Below, piece by piece: positions 9,181 to 19,476 of a stretch of DNA of 32,170 bases. The stretch lies in the NCBI GenBank assembly GCA_016919625.1, contig JACXTP010000121.1, forward strand, positions 1-32,170. Reading direction: 5' to 3'. The notes below the pieces were generated by a model. It did no database searches, was not told the origin of the DNA, and saw nothing but the letters and a program-made list of their open reading frames with translations. Both the position numbers and the translations under genes were made by a program. Source of the DNA: Methanomassiliicoccaceae archaeon. GTDB lineage: Archaea > Thermoplasmatota > Thermoplasmata > Methanomassiliicoccales > UBA472. Numbering within the stretch: position 1 is the first letter of the stretch; every line of letters begins with the position of its first letter.

Positions 9181-9380
9181 TGGCGCTGATAAGGACATCC
9201 GAGATCCGTGCATTAAGCCCGCAGGAGCGCTCCTCCAAGTTGAAGGAGCTGCAGGATGAGCTTATGCACGAGAAGGGTGCAGCGGCGATGGGCGGTGCCC
9301 CCGCCAGCCCAGGCAAGATCCGCGCGATCAGGACCAACATAGCCAGAATCCTCACCATCCAGAAGGAGGAAGGTAAGTAA
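9180..9380 (+). CDS. rpl29: 50S ribosomal protein uL29
   Basis: EIRALS...PGKIRAIRTNIARILT; position in the operon. Confidence 0.95.
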   Translation: MALIRTSEIRALSPQERSSKLKELQDELMHEKGAAAMGGAPASPGKIRAIRTNIARILTIQKEEGK

Positions 9381-9679
9381 TGGCCGAGATTTGCTCCGTG
9401 TGTGGACTACCAAAAGAGCTGTGCATGTGCGAGGAGATCGCGCGTGAGCACACATCGGTCCGGATTTACACGGACAGCCGCCGCTATGGGAAGGTCGTCA
9501 CCGTCGTTGAGGGAATCGACGACAACGACATCGACCTGGATGACCTGGCGAAGAAGCTGAAGAACAAGTGCGCCGCCGGCGGGACGGCCAAAGAAGGCAA
9601 GATCGAGCTCCAGGGAGACCACAAGAAAAAGGTCAAAGAATTCCTGGAAGAGATGGGCTTCAAGACTGAGGTCAGATGA
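9380..9679 (+). CDS. Translation initiation factor aIF1/SUI1 (YciH)
   Basis: CSVCGLPKELCMCEEIA, RRYGKVVT, KCAAGGT, IELQGDH. Confidence 0.96.
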   Translation: MAEICSVCGLPKELCMCEEIAREHTSVRIYTDSRRYGKVVTVVEGIDDNDIDLDDLAKKLKNKCAAGGTAKEGKIELQGDHKKKVKEFLEEMGFKTEVR

Positions 9680-9686
9680 TCCATCT

Positions 9687-9947
9687 ATGGATAAGAGGGA
9701 TTTCATGAGGCAAGAGTTCATCGGTCTGGAGGTTGAGGTGGTGGCATCGGGCCACCCAGGTTACTTCATGCACGGCATCGTGATGGACGAGACCAAGAAC
9801 ACCATCACCATCTCAGACGGTGCTCGAGAGCGCATGGTCCCCAAACGCGGCAACGAGTTCGAGTTCACATTCGAGAGCAAAAGGTTCAGGGTGCTCGGGT
9901 CGGAGATCCAGCATCGACCAGAGGACCGTATCAAGAAGATTAGGTGA
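9687..9947 (+). CDS. rnp1: Ribonuclease P protein component 1 (Rpp29/Pop4)
   Basis: EFIGLEVEV, GIVMDETKNT, RPEDRIKK; lies between SUI1 and uS17. Confidence 0.93.
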   Translation: MDKRDFMRQEFIGLEVEVVASGHPGYFMHGIVMDETKNTITISDGARERMVPKRGNEFEFTFESKRFRVLGSEIQHRPEDRIKKIR

Positions 9948-9953
9948 TCTTAT

Positions 9954-10283
9954 ATGAATGGTGAGGTCAGGGACATTGGCATTGATGTAAAGGCCCCAAA
10001 GAACGTGTGCGATGACAAGCACTGCCCCTTCCACGGCAATCTGCCGGTGAGGGGTCAGGTCATCGACGGGGTCGTCGTATCCATCAAGATGAACCGCACA
10101 GCGGTGGTGGAGCGCAACTACTTGAAATATGATCAGAAGTACGAAAGGTACGAGAAGCGGACCAGCCGGTATTCCGTGCACAACCCGCCCTGTCTTGAGA
10201 TCAAGACTGGGGACGAGGTCAAGATCATGGAGTGCCGGTCGCTCAGCAAGACCGTCTCGTTCGTCATCGTCGAGAAGAGGTGA
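9954..10283 (+). CDS. rps17: 30S ribosomal protein uS17
   Basis: CDDKHCPFHG, KYERYEKR, ECRSLSKT. Confidence 0.97.
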   Translation: MNGEVRDIGIDVKAPKNVCDDKHCPFHGNLPVRGQVIDGVVVSIKMNRTAVVERNYLKYDQKYERYEKRTSRYSVHNPPCLEIKTGDEVKIMECRSLSKTVSFVIVEKR

Positions 10284-10288
10284 AGTGC

Positions 10289-10687
10289 ATGAAAGGATTG
10301 GCCGGAAAGCAGACCAAGGGAGTCATCACTGGCACCAACCTCGACGTCATCGATAACACCGGAGCGAAGATCATAAGGGTCATCGCCGTGCCGGGATATC
10401 ATGGCGTGAACCGCCGCTGCCCCAGCGCATCGGTGGGGGACATTGTCGTGGCTAGCGTGAAGAAGGGCACCCCAGAGATGAGACGTCAGATCGTCTATGC
10501 AGTGATCGTCCGTCAAAGGCGGCCGTTCCGACGCGCTGACGGTACAATGGTGCACTTCGAAGACAACGCCGCCGTGATCACGACCGAGGAGGGCGAGACG
10601 AAGGGCAGCGATATCAAGGGACCTGTAGCGAGAGAGGCCGCCGAGCGGTGGCCGCGTATCGCCGCGACCGCGTCCACCATCATCTGA
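10289..10687 (+). CDS. rpl14: 50S ribosomal protein uL14
   Basis: DNTGAK, SVKKGTPEMR, FEDNAAV, KGPVAREAAERWPRI. Confidence 0.97.
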   Translation: MKGLAGKQTKGVITGTNLDVIDNTGAKIIRVIAVPGYHGVNRRCPSASVGDIVVASVKKGTPEMRRQIVYAVIVRQRRPFRRADGTMVHFEDNAAVITTEEGETKGSDIKGPVAREAAERWPRIAATASTII

Positions 10688-10697
10688 GGTGAGGGAA

Positions 10698-11072
10698 ATG
10701 AACAAGAGCGTTCAAGCGAGGAAGCAGAGGAAGAGGCTATACAACGCCCCCACTCACGTGAAGAGCCGGATGGTGGCCTCTCATCTCAGCCCTGAGCTGA
10801 GAAAGGAGTTCGACCGTCGCTCCGCCCGCGTGGTAGCCGGCGACACCGTAAAGGTGCTGCGCGGGGACGCCGAGATCGTCGGCGTTGAAGGGAAGGTCAC
10901 CAAGGTTGACACCCAGACCGGAAGGATCATGGTCGAAGGCATGACCATGCCGAAGGCCGACGGTACCATGGAGGGGCGCGCTGTGCATGCCTCCAACGTC
11001 GAGATAATAAAATTGGACCTTAAGGACGCCTGGAGGAAGGCAAGGCTCCAGAAGAAGGAGGTATCCTCATGA
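10698..11072 (+). CDS. rpl24: 50S ribosomal protein uL24
   Basis: RKQRKRLYNAP, GDTVKVLRG, HASNV. Confidence 0.97.
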   Translation: MNKSVQARKQRKRLYNAPTHVKSRMVASHLSPELRKEFDRRSARVVAGDTVKVLRGDAEIVGVEGKVTKVDTQTGRIMVEGMTMPKADGTMEGRAVHASNVEIIKLDLKDAWRKARLQKKEVSS

Positions 11073-11773
11073 GCAACGATATGAAGAGAGTGACGGCCCC
11101 TAGAAGCTGGCCGATTCCGCGCAAGACCACGGTCTGGATCACCAGCACCGCGCCAGGCGCCCACCAGAAGGAGTGGAGCATGCCGATCATGATCGTCATC
11201 CGCGACATGCTCGGCCTATGCGACAATGCCTCCGAAGGCGTCAAGATATTGTCAGGACGGGACGTCCTAGTGGACGGCAGGGTCGTGACCGACCCCAAGT
11301 TCCCGGTCGGCTTAATGGACGTCGTCTCCATCCCCAAGATCAACCAGCATTATCGCATGCTTCTGGACCGCAATGGCAAGTTGCGCCTGGTCTCGGTAAC
11401 CGAGGGCAGGGAAAAGTGGAAGCTGTGCCGCATCGACGGAAAGACCACGGTGAAGGGTGGTAAGACCCAGCTCAACCTGCATGATGGACGGTGCGTACTA
11501 GTGGAGAAGGACCACTTCCACTGCGGCGACGTGGTGAAGCTGGAGGTCCCATCCCAAAAGATCCTTGAGACCTACAAGTTCGGCAAGGGCAACGTGGCGC
11601 TCATCGTGAGCGGCGTGCACGCCGGCGAGATCGGGGTCATCGAGGAGTACGTCATTACCCGCAGCTCCGCCCCTAACCTGGTAAGGATGAAGGACGGGAA
11701 CCTCACCATCCGCGACAATGCATTCGTCATCGGCACCAAGGTGCCGGAGATCACCCTGCCGGAGGCGAACTGA
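11069..11773 (+). CDS. rps4e: 30S ribosomal protein eS4
   Basis: KRVTAPRSWPIPRK, FPVGLMDV, QLNLHDGR. Confidence 0.97.
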   Translation: MSNDMKRVTAPRSWPIPRKTTVWITSTAPGAHQKEWSMPIMIVIRDMLGLCDNASEGVKILSGRDVLVDGRVVTDPKFPVGLMDVVSIPKINQHYRMLLDRNGKLRLVSVTEGREKWKLCRIDGKTTVKGGKTQLNLHDGRCVLVEKDHFHCGDVVKLEVPSQKILETYKFGKGNVALIVSGVHAGEIGVIEEYVITRSSAPNLVRMKDGNLTIRDNAFVIGTKVPEITLPEAN

Positions 11774-11774
11774 G

Positions 11775-12287
11775 ATGTCAGACGTGATGAGGCAGCCCCG
11801 AGTGGAGAAGGTCTCGGTCAACATAGGCGTGGGCGAGGCCGGCGAGCGCCTGGTGAAGGCACAGAAGGTGTTGGAGATGGTCACCGGGCAGAAGCCCCGC
11901 GTCACCATAGCTAAGGTCACCAACCGCGACCTCGGCGTGAGGGAAGGCATGCCCATCGGGTGCAAGGTCACCCTGAGGGGAGAGAGGGCCGAGACGTTCC
12001 TGAAGAAGGCCCTATGGGTGCGCGAGAACCGCGTGGCCATGTGGTCCTTCGACCCGGAGGGCAACCTGTCCTTCGGCATATCCGACTACACTGACTTCGA
12101 AGGCATGAAGTACGATCCCGAGATCGGCATCTTTGGCATGGACGTGAACGTCGTCATCTGCCGGCCCGGGAGGCGTGTGGCCAGGCGCAGGGTCATGAAG
12201 CGCACGATCCCGCACAGCCACCGCATGACCCGCCAAGAGGCGGCCGTTTTCATGAAGGAGAAGTACAACATCGAGGTGATGGAATGA
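11775..12287 (+). CDS. rpl5: 50S ribosomal protein uL5
   Basis: [37 protein letters not shown]. Confidence 0.97.
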   Translation: MSDVMRQPRVEKVSVNIGVGEAGERLVKAQKVLEMVTGQKPRVTIAKVTNRDLGVREGMPIGCKVTLRGERAETFLKKALWVRENRVAMWSFDPEGNLSFGISDYTDFEGMKYDPEIGIFGMDVNVVICRPGRRVARRRVMKRTIPHSHRMTRQEAAVFMKEKYNIEVME

Positions 12288-12430
12288 AGCCCAAGAAGAA
12301 GTTCGGGCGGACCGAAGGCTGCACGCGCTGTGGTAGGAAGAGGGGCATGATCAGGAGGTACGGCATGCACCTTTGCAGACAGTGCTTCCGCGAGATCGCT
12401 CCGCAGATCGGATTCAAGAAGTATTCATGA
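12284..12430 (+). CDS. rps14: 30S ribosomal protein uS14 (Zn-binding, 48 aa; below the ORF-track cutoff)
   Basis: Manual translation [52 protein letters not shown] overlap with rpl5. Confidence 0.96.
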   Translation: MKPKKKFGRTEGCTRCGRKRGMIRRYGMHLCRQCFREIAPQIGFKKYS

Positions 12431-12439
12431 GGTGAGCAC

Positions 12440-12829
12440 ATGCAGAACGACCCATTGAACGATGCTATGTCGACCATCAAGAATGCGTCGATGGTAGGCA
12501 AGAACGAATGCATCATCAGGCCGTCCTCCAAACTGATCGGGCGCGTGCTCAAGGTCATGCAGGAGAACGGTTACATCAACCAGTTCGAGTTCGTAGAAGA
12601 TGGAAAGGCCGGCGTCTTCAAAGTGAAGATCGAAGGCAGGATCAACAACTGCGGCGTCATCAAGCCCAGGTACTCCATCAAGAAGGTGGACCTGGAACAG
12701 TGGGAGTCCCGTTATCTCCCCGCCCAGGACTTCGGCGTGCTGATACTCTCCACCACGGAGGGCGTCATAAGCCACGTCCAAGCCCGGGAGCTCGGTGTGG
12801 GCGGCAAGCTGTTGGCGTTCGTGTACTGA
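12440..12829 (+). CDS. rps8: 30S ribosomal protein uS8
   Basis: [30 protein letters not shown]. Confidence 0.98.
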   Translation: MQNDPLNDAMSTIKNASMVGKNECIIRPSSKLIGRVLKVMQENGYINQFEFVEDGKAGVFKVKIEGRINNCGVIKPRYSIKKVDLEQWESRYLPAQDFGVLILSTTEGVISHVQARELGVGGKLLAFVY

Positions 12830-12839
12830 GGTGATTTGG

Positions 12840-13388
12840 ATGGTAGTGACAGGGCATATCGAAGAGAAGATCGAGGTACCCAAGGGCGTCCAGGTCACCA
12901 TGGCCGGTCAAAAGCTGACCGTCAAGGGACCCAACGGCACCCTGACCAGGGACTTCGCCCATGAAAAGGTGAAGATGAAGGTGGACGGCGGCCACGTGGA
13001 AGTGAGCTGCGAGATGCCGCGCACCGCGGAAAAGGCGCTGGTAGGCACATACGGATCGCACGTGCGCAACATGTTCGGCGGAGTGACCCATGGCTGGGAG
13101 TACGAGATGAAGATCGTCTACTCGCACTTCCCCATCAAGGCGGCCACCAAGGGGAACAAGTTCATCATAGAGAACTTCCTCGGGGAGAAGGCGCCAAGGC
13201 AGGCCAACATCATCGGGGACACGAAGGTCCAGGTCAAAGGGAACGAGGTCATCGCCACCGGGGCGGACCTGGAATCAGTCTCACAGACCGCGGCCAACAT
13301 CGAAAGGGCCACCCGCATCAAGGGATTCGACCCCAGGGTGTTCCAGGACGGAATATACATCACTGAGAAGGCCAGGAGGGCGAAGTAA
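12840..13388 (+). CDS. rpl6: 50S ribosomal protein uL6
   Basis: VKGPNG, YSHFPI, NFLGEK, DPRVFQDGIYI. Confidence 0.97.
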   Translation: MVVTGHIEEKIEVPKGVQVTMAGQKLTVKGPNGTLTRDFAHEKVKMKVDGGHVEVSCEMPRTAEKALVGTYGSHVRNMFGGVTHGWEYEMKIVYSHFPIKAATKGNKFIIENFLGEKAPRQANIIGDTKVQVKGNEVIATGADLESVSQTAANIERATRIKGFDPRVFQDGIYITEKARRAK

Positions 13389-14077
13389 TGGCTAAGAAGA
13401 AGAAGTTGGAACAGCTTTCCGACCTTCCATACTACAGGGAGGGGTACACCGAGCAGCTGGAGAAGATGGGCATAACCAATCTCCAGGAGCTCTTGGACGC
13501 GCTCCTCGTCGATGACAAGAAGAAGCAGATCGTGGACGAGCTCGACGGAGTCGGCAAGAAAGTGGCAGACCACTGGGCCGAGGTAATCGAGGAGTCCGGC
13601 GTCACCCCCACCGAGGCCAAGGAAGACAAGGCAGAGGTCGTAGAGACGGAGGCCGCCGTGGTCGAGGAGGGCGAATACGTCACAAAGCGCAAGCCCGAGC
13701 TCGACGACCAGACGAAGGCATTGCTGCTCAAGCGCAAGGAGATCGACTCCCGCCGCCCCCAGTTCCTTCGCCAGGAGTGGTTCCGATACCAGAAGCTCGA
13801 GGGCAAGTGGAGGAAGCCGCGCGGCATGCACAGCAAGATGCGCCGCCACTATGGCTACCGCCCGCCCATCGTGTCCATCGGGTACCGTGGCCCGGCAGAG
13901 GTCAGGGGCCTGCATCCCTCTGGATTCAAAGAGGTAATGGTCTTCAACGTCAGCCAATTGAACGGTATCGACCCCAAGGTCCAAGCCGTCCGCATCGGCG
14001 GAACCGTGGGGGCGAGGAAGAGGGGCGACATAATCGCCAAGGCGGACCAGGAAGGGATCCGCGTACTCAACAGATGA
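13388..14077 (+). CDS. rpl32e: 50S ribosomal protein eL32 with an N-terminal extension
   Basis: RPQFLRQEW, WRKPRGMHSKMRR, RGLHPSG, preceded by about 100 extra N-terminal residues. Confidence 0.95.
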   Translation: MAKKKKLEQLSDLPYYREGYTEQLEKMGITNLQELLDALLVDDKKKQIVDELDGVGKKVADHWAEVIEESGVTPTEAKEDKAEVVETEAAVVEEGEYVTKRKPELDDQTKALLLKRKEIDSRRPQFLRQEWFRYQKLEGKWRKPRGMHSKMRRHYGYRPPIVSIGYRGPAEVRGLHPSGFKEVMVFNVSQLNGIDPKVQAVRIGGTVGARKRGDIIAKADQEGIRVLNR

Positions 14078-14098
14078 ATTTGAACAGGAAGTGAAATA

Positions 14099-14554
14099 AT
14101 GGATCTGAAGAACCAGAAGCGCATGGCGGCTGACATCCTCGGCTGTGGTCATTCCAGGGTTTGGATCGACCCGAACCAGATCGAGGACGTCGCGGACGCC
14201 ATTACCCGTGCCGACATCAGGAAGGCGATCGAAGCCGGGTCCATCCGCGCCCTCCCCAAGACGGGGGTTTCCCGCGGCCGGGCGAGATACAGGCTCGCCC
14301 AGAAGAGCAAGGGCCGCCGGCGTGGACAGGGCAGCAGAAAGGGTACCGCCGGAGCGCGTACACCGAGGAAGCAGAGGTGGATACGCACCATTCGCCCCAT
14401 TCGGGAAATGTTGCGCGAGATGCGCGACACCGGAAAGATAACGCGGAGCGTCTACCGCCAGTTCTACCGGAAGTCGAAGGGCGGTATGTTCAGGAGCAAG
14501 CGTCAGCTGATGCTGCACCTCAAGACCGAGGGACACCTTAAGGAGGTTAACTGA
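14099..14554 (+). CDS. rpl19e: 50S ribosomal protein eL19
   Basis: QKRMAADIL, RVWIDP, GQGSRKG, YRKSKGG. Confidence 0.97.
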   Translation: MDLKNQKRMAADILGCGHSRVWIDPNQIEDVADAITRADIRKAIEAGSIRALPKTGVSRGRARYRLAQKSKGRRRGQGSRKGTAGARTPRKQRWIRTIRPIREMLREMRDTGKITRSVYRQFYRKSKGGMFRSKRQLMLHLKTEGHLKEVN

Positions 14555-15054
14555 TGGCCCATGGACCGCGATATAAGGTCCCGTTCCGGCGCCGCCGGGA
14601 GGGACGCACCGACTACAGACAGAGGGCCAGGTTGCTTCGGGGCCACGTGCCTCGGGCGGTGGTCCGTGTCACGCTGCGCAACGTCAGCGTACAGTTGATC
14701 GATTATGACCCCAAGGGCGACCGCGTGGTCGTCGTTGCCCACTCCCGTGAACTGGTGGAGATGGGTTGGGACCAGGCCACCGGGAACATCCCGGCCGCCT
14801 ACCTGACCGGCTACCTGGCCGGCAGGAGGGCAAAGCAGAAGGGCTTGAGCAATGCCGTGCTGGACATCGGCCTTAAGGAGCCCACCAAGGGCTCTGGCGT
14901 CTTCGCCGCCCTGAAGGGCCTGGTGGACGCCGGCCTGGAGATCCCCCATGGCAAGGACGTGCTGCCCTCAAAGGAGAGGTTGATGGGGAAGCACATCGGC
15001 GATGATGTGGAAAAGATGGTTCAGAACGTAAAGACCCGCATGGAGGCGAACTGA
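14554..15054 (+). CDS. rpl18: 50S ribosomal protein uL18
   Basis: [34 protein letters not shown]. Confidence 0.97.
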   Translation: MAHGPRYKVPFRRRREGRTDYRQRARLLRGHVPRAVVRVTLRNVSVQLIDYDPKGDRVVVVAHSRELVEMGWDQATGNIPAAYLTGYLAGRRAKQKGLSNAVLDIGLKEPTKGSGVFAALKGLVDAGLEIPHGKDVLPSKERLMGKHIGDDVEKMVQNVKTRMEAN

Positions 15055-15055
15055 T

Positions 15056-15742
15056 ATGGATTGGGTTCCGAAGACAAGGTTGGGCCGAATGGTGCTCAAC
15101 GGAGAGATCACAACCATGAGCCAGGCCCTTGCCACGAAGCTCCCGCTTCGCGAGGCCGAGATCGTGGACATCCTTCTCCCAGACCTCAAGGACGAGGTCA
15201 TAGACGTCAACATCGTGCAGAGGATGACCGACTCAGGCCGAAGGGTCAAGTTCCGTATCACAGTGGTGGTCGGTAATGGCGATGGCTTCGTCGGCATCGG
15301 TCGGTGCAAGGGAAAGGAGGTCGGGCCTTCCATACGAAAGGCCATCGACAACGCCAAACTGCACATGATCGAGATCAAGCGCGGTTGCGGCTCCTGGGAA
15401 TGTGGTTGCGGCACGCCCCACTCGTTGCCTTTCGAGGTCACGGGCAAGTCGGGCAGCGTCGAGGTCACCCTCAAGCCCGCCCCGCGCGGCATCACCCTGG
15501 CGGTCGGCGACGTGGCCAAGAGCATTTGCTCCCTGGCCGGCGTCAAGGACTCCTGGGGCTTCGTGGGCGGACACACTAAGACCACCGTCAACTACGCCTA
15601 CGCCACCTACAACGCATTGAAGAAGACCTCCGAGTTCCGCGTCACCGAGGAGCAGTCCCAGAAGCTGAAGATCGTCTCTGGGCCGGTCATGGTGCACATG
15701 GCGGAGCAACAGCTCGACGTCCCGCCCGCCCAGGAGGACTGA
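15056..15742 (+). CDS. rps5: 30S ribosomal protein uS5
   Basis: [33 protein letters not shown]. Confidence 0.98.
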   Translation: MDWVPKTRLGRMVLNGEITTMSQALATKLPLREAEIVDILLPDLKDEVIDVNIVQRMTDSGRRVKFRITVVVGNGDGFVGIGRCKGKEVGPSIRKAIDNAKLHMIEIKRGCGSWECGCGTPHSLPFEVTGKSGSVEVTLKPAPRGITLAVGDVAKSICSLAGVKDSWGFVGGHTKTTVNYAYATYNALKKTSEFRVTEEQSQKLKIVSGPVMVHMAEQQLDVPPAQED

Positions 15743-15747
15743 GCCCC

Positions 15748-16212
15748 ATGGCCTATGCAGTTGTTAGGGTCAGGGGACACTCCAAGGTGAACCACGACAT
15801 CGAGGACACCATGCTCATGATGAAGCTGAACCGGGTAAACCACTGCGTCATACTGCCCGAGAACGACACCGTCAAGGGCATGCTACAGAAGACCAAGGAC
15901 TATGTCACCTTTGGCGAGGTCTCCGAGCAGACCTTGGCCCGCATGGTGAAGTTCCGTGGCCGCCTGGTGGGCGACAAGGCCATCGACGACGAAGTGGTCA
16001 AGGAGAGGACGGAGTACAGCTCCATCCTCGCCCTGTCCAGGGCCGTCTGCGCCAACGAATATACATATGCCAAGATGAAGGACGTCAAACCCCTATTCCG
16101 CCTTACGCCTCCGCGCAAGGGGTATGAGGGAGTGAAGCGGTCCTTCCAGAACGGTGGTGCCCTGGGTTACCGTGGCGCCAAGATCAACGACCTCATCCAA
16201 AGGATGATGTGA
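15748..16212 (+). CDS. rpl30: 50S ribosomal protein uL30
   Basis: AVVRVRG, GMLQKTKDYVTFGE, FRLTPPRKG, GGALGYRG. Confidence 0.97.
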   Translation: MAYAVVRVRGHSKVNHDIEDTMLMMKLNRVNHCVILPENDTVKGMLQKTKDYVTFGEVSEQTLARMVKFRGRLVGDKAIDDEVVKERTEYSSILALSRAVCANEYTYAKMKDVKPLFRLTPPRKGYEGVKRSFQNGGALGYRGAKINDLIQRMM

Positions 16213-16228
16213 TAGGGAGGTTGAGATA

Positions 16229-16654
16229 ATGGTTAGCAGGACCGATAAGTTCAGAGGATCCAGGACCCACGGACGCGGCAAAAAGTCCGGCAGGGGCGCA
16301 GGCAAGCACGGCGGTACGGGAAACGCCGGTCTTCACAAGCACAAGGTCATGCACATGCTGAAGTACATGCCTGACCACTTCGGTCGGCATGGCTTCAAGA
16401 GGCCGCAGAAGGTCGTCTGCGCCAAGGTCACCATGAACGTCAGCGAGCTGGAGGAGAGACTGGAAGGACTGATGAAGGACGGTTACGCTGTCAAGGAAGG
16501 GAAGGCCCTCAAGGTCGACCTTAACAAGATGGGCGTGGACAAGCTTCTCGGGTCCGGCCAGATCTCCACCGCCGTCGATGTGATGGTGTCCGAGTGCACC
16601 GAGACGGCGAAGGCGAAGGTTGAAGAAGCTGGTGGGCATATCCTCACGCCATAA
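16229..16654 (+). CDS. rpl15: 50S ribosomal protein uL15
   Basis: RGSRTHGRG, GGTGNAG, KLLGSG, KVEEAGG. Confidence 0.97.
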   Translation: MVSRTDKFRGSRTHGRGKKSGRGAGKHGGTGNAGLHKHKVMHMLKYMPDHFGRHGFKRPQKVVCAKVTMNVSELEERLEGLMKDGYAVKEGKALKVDLNKMGVDKLLGSGQISTAVDVMVSECTETAKAKVEEAGGHILTP

Positions 16655-16665
16655 CCTAGCAGGGG

Positions 16666-18252
16666 ATGGAGATGGCGGAGGAGACGAAGAGCCGGCTTTA
16701 TCGCTTTAAGCCGTACACCGACAGATTACCGGCAGTCAAGAAGCCGGAGGGCCACGTCCACTTCAGGACGAAGATGCTTTGGGTCGTTCTGATCCTGGTC
16801 CTCTATTTCTTCATGACGAACGTGTACATCTACGGTTTGGACCAGGAACAGACGGTAGACCTTTTTGCCCAGTACCGTGCCATTCTGGCCGGTGCCTCGG
16901 GATCACTGATGCAGCTCGGCATAGGGCCGATAGTGACTGCGTCCATCATCATGCAGCTCTTCGTCGGCGCCCAGATCATCAAGCTGGACCTGACCAACAA
17001 GGAAGACAAGGCGGTGTACCAGAGCTTCCAGAAGTTCCTGGTCATCATCATGATCGTCGTAGAGGCCGTGCCCCAGGTGTTCGGTTACCTGGTGCCATCG
17101 GCCACTTTCGTCGATACTTTGAACGGCGTGGTCGGTTCTGGAGAATACATCAACGGACTGAACCTGGCCCGTCTGATAATCGTCCTCCAGCTCTTCGCCG
17201 GTTCGTACATCGTGTTCCTAATGGACGAAGTGGTGTCCAAATGGGGCATAGGGAGCGGTATTTCGCTGTTCATCGCCGCGGGCGTAGCGCAGGCCTTGGT
17301 CACAGGTACCATCAACTGGGAGCCGGTAACGGCGGGCGACCCGCTGAGCATCCAGAACCCTCCGGCCGGAACCATCCCAAAAACGTTCTATATCATCCAA
17401 CATACGTCGGCCAGTGGGCTCATTAACGGAGGTTATGAACAGATAATGTTCGCGCCACCCAATCCTATGATCGCCCTCATCGGCACGATAATCATATTCA
17501 TGTTCGTCGCGTACATCGAATCGGTGCGTATCGAGCTCCCATTGGCCCATGGCACGGCCAGAGGGGCTCGCGGCCGATACCCGATCAAGCTGTTGTACGC
17601 GTCCAACATCCCGGTCATCTTGATGGCGGCCCTCTTGGCCAACTTCCAGATGATAACGCTGCTGCTGTACACCAATCCCACTTTGAGCCAGATACCGCTC
17701 ATCGGTGGCAACCCGTCATTGGGTTACTTCGTACCACCTTCCACCTTCCCGCAGGGCGGTCTCGCTTGGTACGTATCCTCCCCACAGGGGGTGAGCAGTT
17801 GGTTGATGCCGATACTGGATCCAGCTACCTACGGGTATCTTGCTTACGACCATACCAACTTCGAGATCATGGTGCACGTCACCGTGTTCTTCTCGATCAT
17901 GGTCATCGGTTCGATCCTGTTCGCCAAATTCTGGATCATGACCACTAATATGGGCCCAGAGGCGGTGGCAAGACAGATAGAGTCCAGCGGACTGCAGATA
18001 CCAGGCTTCCGTCGTGACCCACGCGTGCTCAAACGGGTGCTGGAGAGGTATATCCCTGTGGTCACGGTCATCAGCGGTGCCACCGTTGGTGCTCTGGCGG
18101 CAGGTGCCGACCTGATAGGTACGGTGGGCAATGCCAGCGGTACCGGTGTGCTGCTGACCGTGGGCATCATGATCCAGTTCTACGAGGCCATAGGCCGGGA
18201 GCAGATGATGGAGATGCACCCAGTGCTGAGGGGCTTCTTCGGAGGCGAGTGA
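16666..18252 (+). CDS. secY: Preprotein translocase subunit SecY (alternative start at 16672)
   Basis: LGIGPIVTASII, SKWGIGSGISLFI, YPIKLLYASNIP, IPGFRRD, GTGVLLTV. Confidence 0.98.
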   Translation: MEMAEETKSRLYRFKPYTDRLPAVKKPEGHVHFRTKMLWVVLILVLYFFMTNVYIYGLDQEQTVDLFAQYRAILAGASGSLMQLGIGPIVTASIIMQLFVGAQIIKLDLTNKEDKAVYQSFQKFLVIIMIVVEAVPQVFGYLVPSATFVDTLNGVVGSGEYINGLNLARLIIVLQLFAGSYIVFLMDEVVSKWGIGSGISLFIAAGVAQALVTGTINWEPVTAGDPLSIQNPPAGTIPKTFYIIQHTSASGLINGGYEQIMFAPPNPMIALIGTIIIFMFVAYIESVRIELPLAHGTARGARGRYPIKLLYASNIPVILMAALLANFQMITLLLYTNPTLSQIPLIGGNPSLGYFVPPSTFPQGGLAWYVSSPQGVSSWLMPILDPATYGYLAYDHTNFEIMVHVTVFFSIMVIGSILFAKFWIMTTNMGPEAVARQIESSGLQIPGFRRDPRVLKRVLERYIPVVTVISGATVGALAAGADLIGTVGNASGTGVLLTVGIMIQFYEAIGREQMMEMHPVLRGFFGGE

Positions 18253-18255
18253 TAG

Positions 18256-18951
18256 ATGGCTGAGAAGGTAGCAGCCCCGGTCAAGGCCGCCCCCTCAAAG
18301 GGCGCCACCACTCCCTCCGCTCCCCCGATGAACTGGAGCAATTTCCTCACCATCTTCATCTTCGGTATCGCACTGATAGTCTTGTTCGATCAGGGTACAA
18401 GGGAAGCGTTAGGGACGGCTGTCGGCTATGCGCTTATGCCGCTCATCGGTTTCAATAACCAGTGGCCCATCCTCACGCTGCTAATATGTGGTCTGATCAT
18501 GACCAGCCTCACCATACTGGTGCGGCACTTCTTCACCGATTATGTCAAGCAGGCGGAGAACCAGAAGATCGTTGGTGCCTTCAACAAGGAGCTGCGCGAC
18601 GCGCGCAAGAACAATAACACCTTCAAGATGAAGAAGCTCCTGGAGATGCAACCTCAGATCATGACAAAGTCCCTGGACCAGACCAAGACCCAGTTCAAGC
18701 TGCTCCCTGCGACCATGCTCGTGGTCATCCCTATATTCGCCTGGCTGTCGGTGTTCGTCAACGACCTTCCATCCACCGTGTTCTCCACGCCCTGGAACTT
18801 CAACGCCGAGCTGACCGCCGTCTACATCTTCCCTGTGTGGATATTCGTCTACACCACTGTGACCATCCCGTTCGGCCAGATATTGGCCCGCATGTTGCGT
18901 TACTACTCGTTCAAGAAGCGCTTGGACAAGCTGGCGGCGCCGGTGGTATGA
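18256..18951 (+). CDS. DUF106 / EMC3-TMCO1 (Oxa1 superfamily) membrane insertase
   Basis: TM helix, then a coiled coil (NKELRDARK...MKKLLEMQ), then IPIFAWL and WIFVY; canonical position after secY. Confidence 0.85.
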   Translation: MAEKVAAPVKAAPSKGATTPSAPPMNWSNFLTIFIFGIALIVLFDQGTREALGTAVGYALMPLIGFNNQWPILTLLICGLIMTSLTILVRHFFTDYVKQAENQKIVGAFNKELRDARKNNNTFKMKKLLEMQPQIMTKSLDQTKTQFKLLPATMLVVIPIFAWLSVFVNDLPSTVFSTPWNFNAELTAVYIFPVWIFVYTTVTIPFGQILARMLRYYSFKKRLDKLAAPVV

Positions 18952-19475
18952 GGATCACCATCAGCGGACCCATCGGGTCCGGCAAGACCACGGTGTGCAA
19001 TCTCCTGTCCGAGCGGACGGGCATGCCTTACGTGGTCTCGGGTCAAATATTCAGGCAGATGGCGAAGGAGCGCGGCCTCAGCTTGGCCGACTTCGGTCGT
19101 TTGGCAGAGAAAGAGCCTCGCTTCGACATCGAGCTCGATCAACGCATGGTCCGTTTGGCCGAGGAGAAGGAGGACATAATTCTAGAGGGCCGCCTGGTGG
19201 CGCAGATGCTCACCCGGCACCACATTGCTGCCCTGCGCGTGTATCTGGACGCCTCGCTCGATGTTCGGGTGGACCGAGTGGTCGAACGTGAGGGAAAGGA
19301 CAGGGAGCAGGCCCGCACCGAGCTCATGGAAAGGGAGATGTCTGAGACCACTCGCTATCGGCGCTACTACGGCATCGATATTAGGGACCGAGGCGTATAC
19401 GACCTCATCATCGACACCGGCGAGCTCCGTCCCGAGGAGATCGTGGACAGGATAGTTGCCGCTGCGGGGCTGTGA
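18948..19475 (+). CDS. cmk: Cytidylate kinase (archaeal type)
   Basis: MRITISGPIGSGKTT P-loop, GQIFRQMA, LEGRL, RYRRYYGID, YDLIIDT. Confidence 0.93.
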   Translation: MRITISGPIGSGKTTVCNLLSERTGMPYVVSGQIFRQMAKERGLSLADFGRLAEKEPRFDIELDQRMVRLAEEKEDIILEGRLVAQMLTRHHIAALRVYLDASLDVRVDRVVEREGKDREQARTELMEREMSETTRYRRYYGIDIRDRGVYDLIIDTGELRPEEIVDRIVAAAGL

Positions 19476-19476
19476 G

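Noticed and set aside
17300..17870. Long loops making SecY 528 aa
   Set aside because: Enlarged extracytoplasmic loops are common in Thermoplasmatota SecY, and no intein motifs are present.
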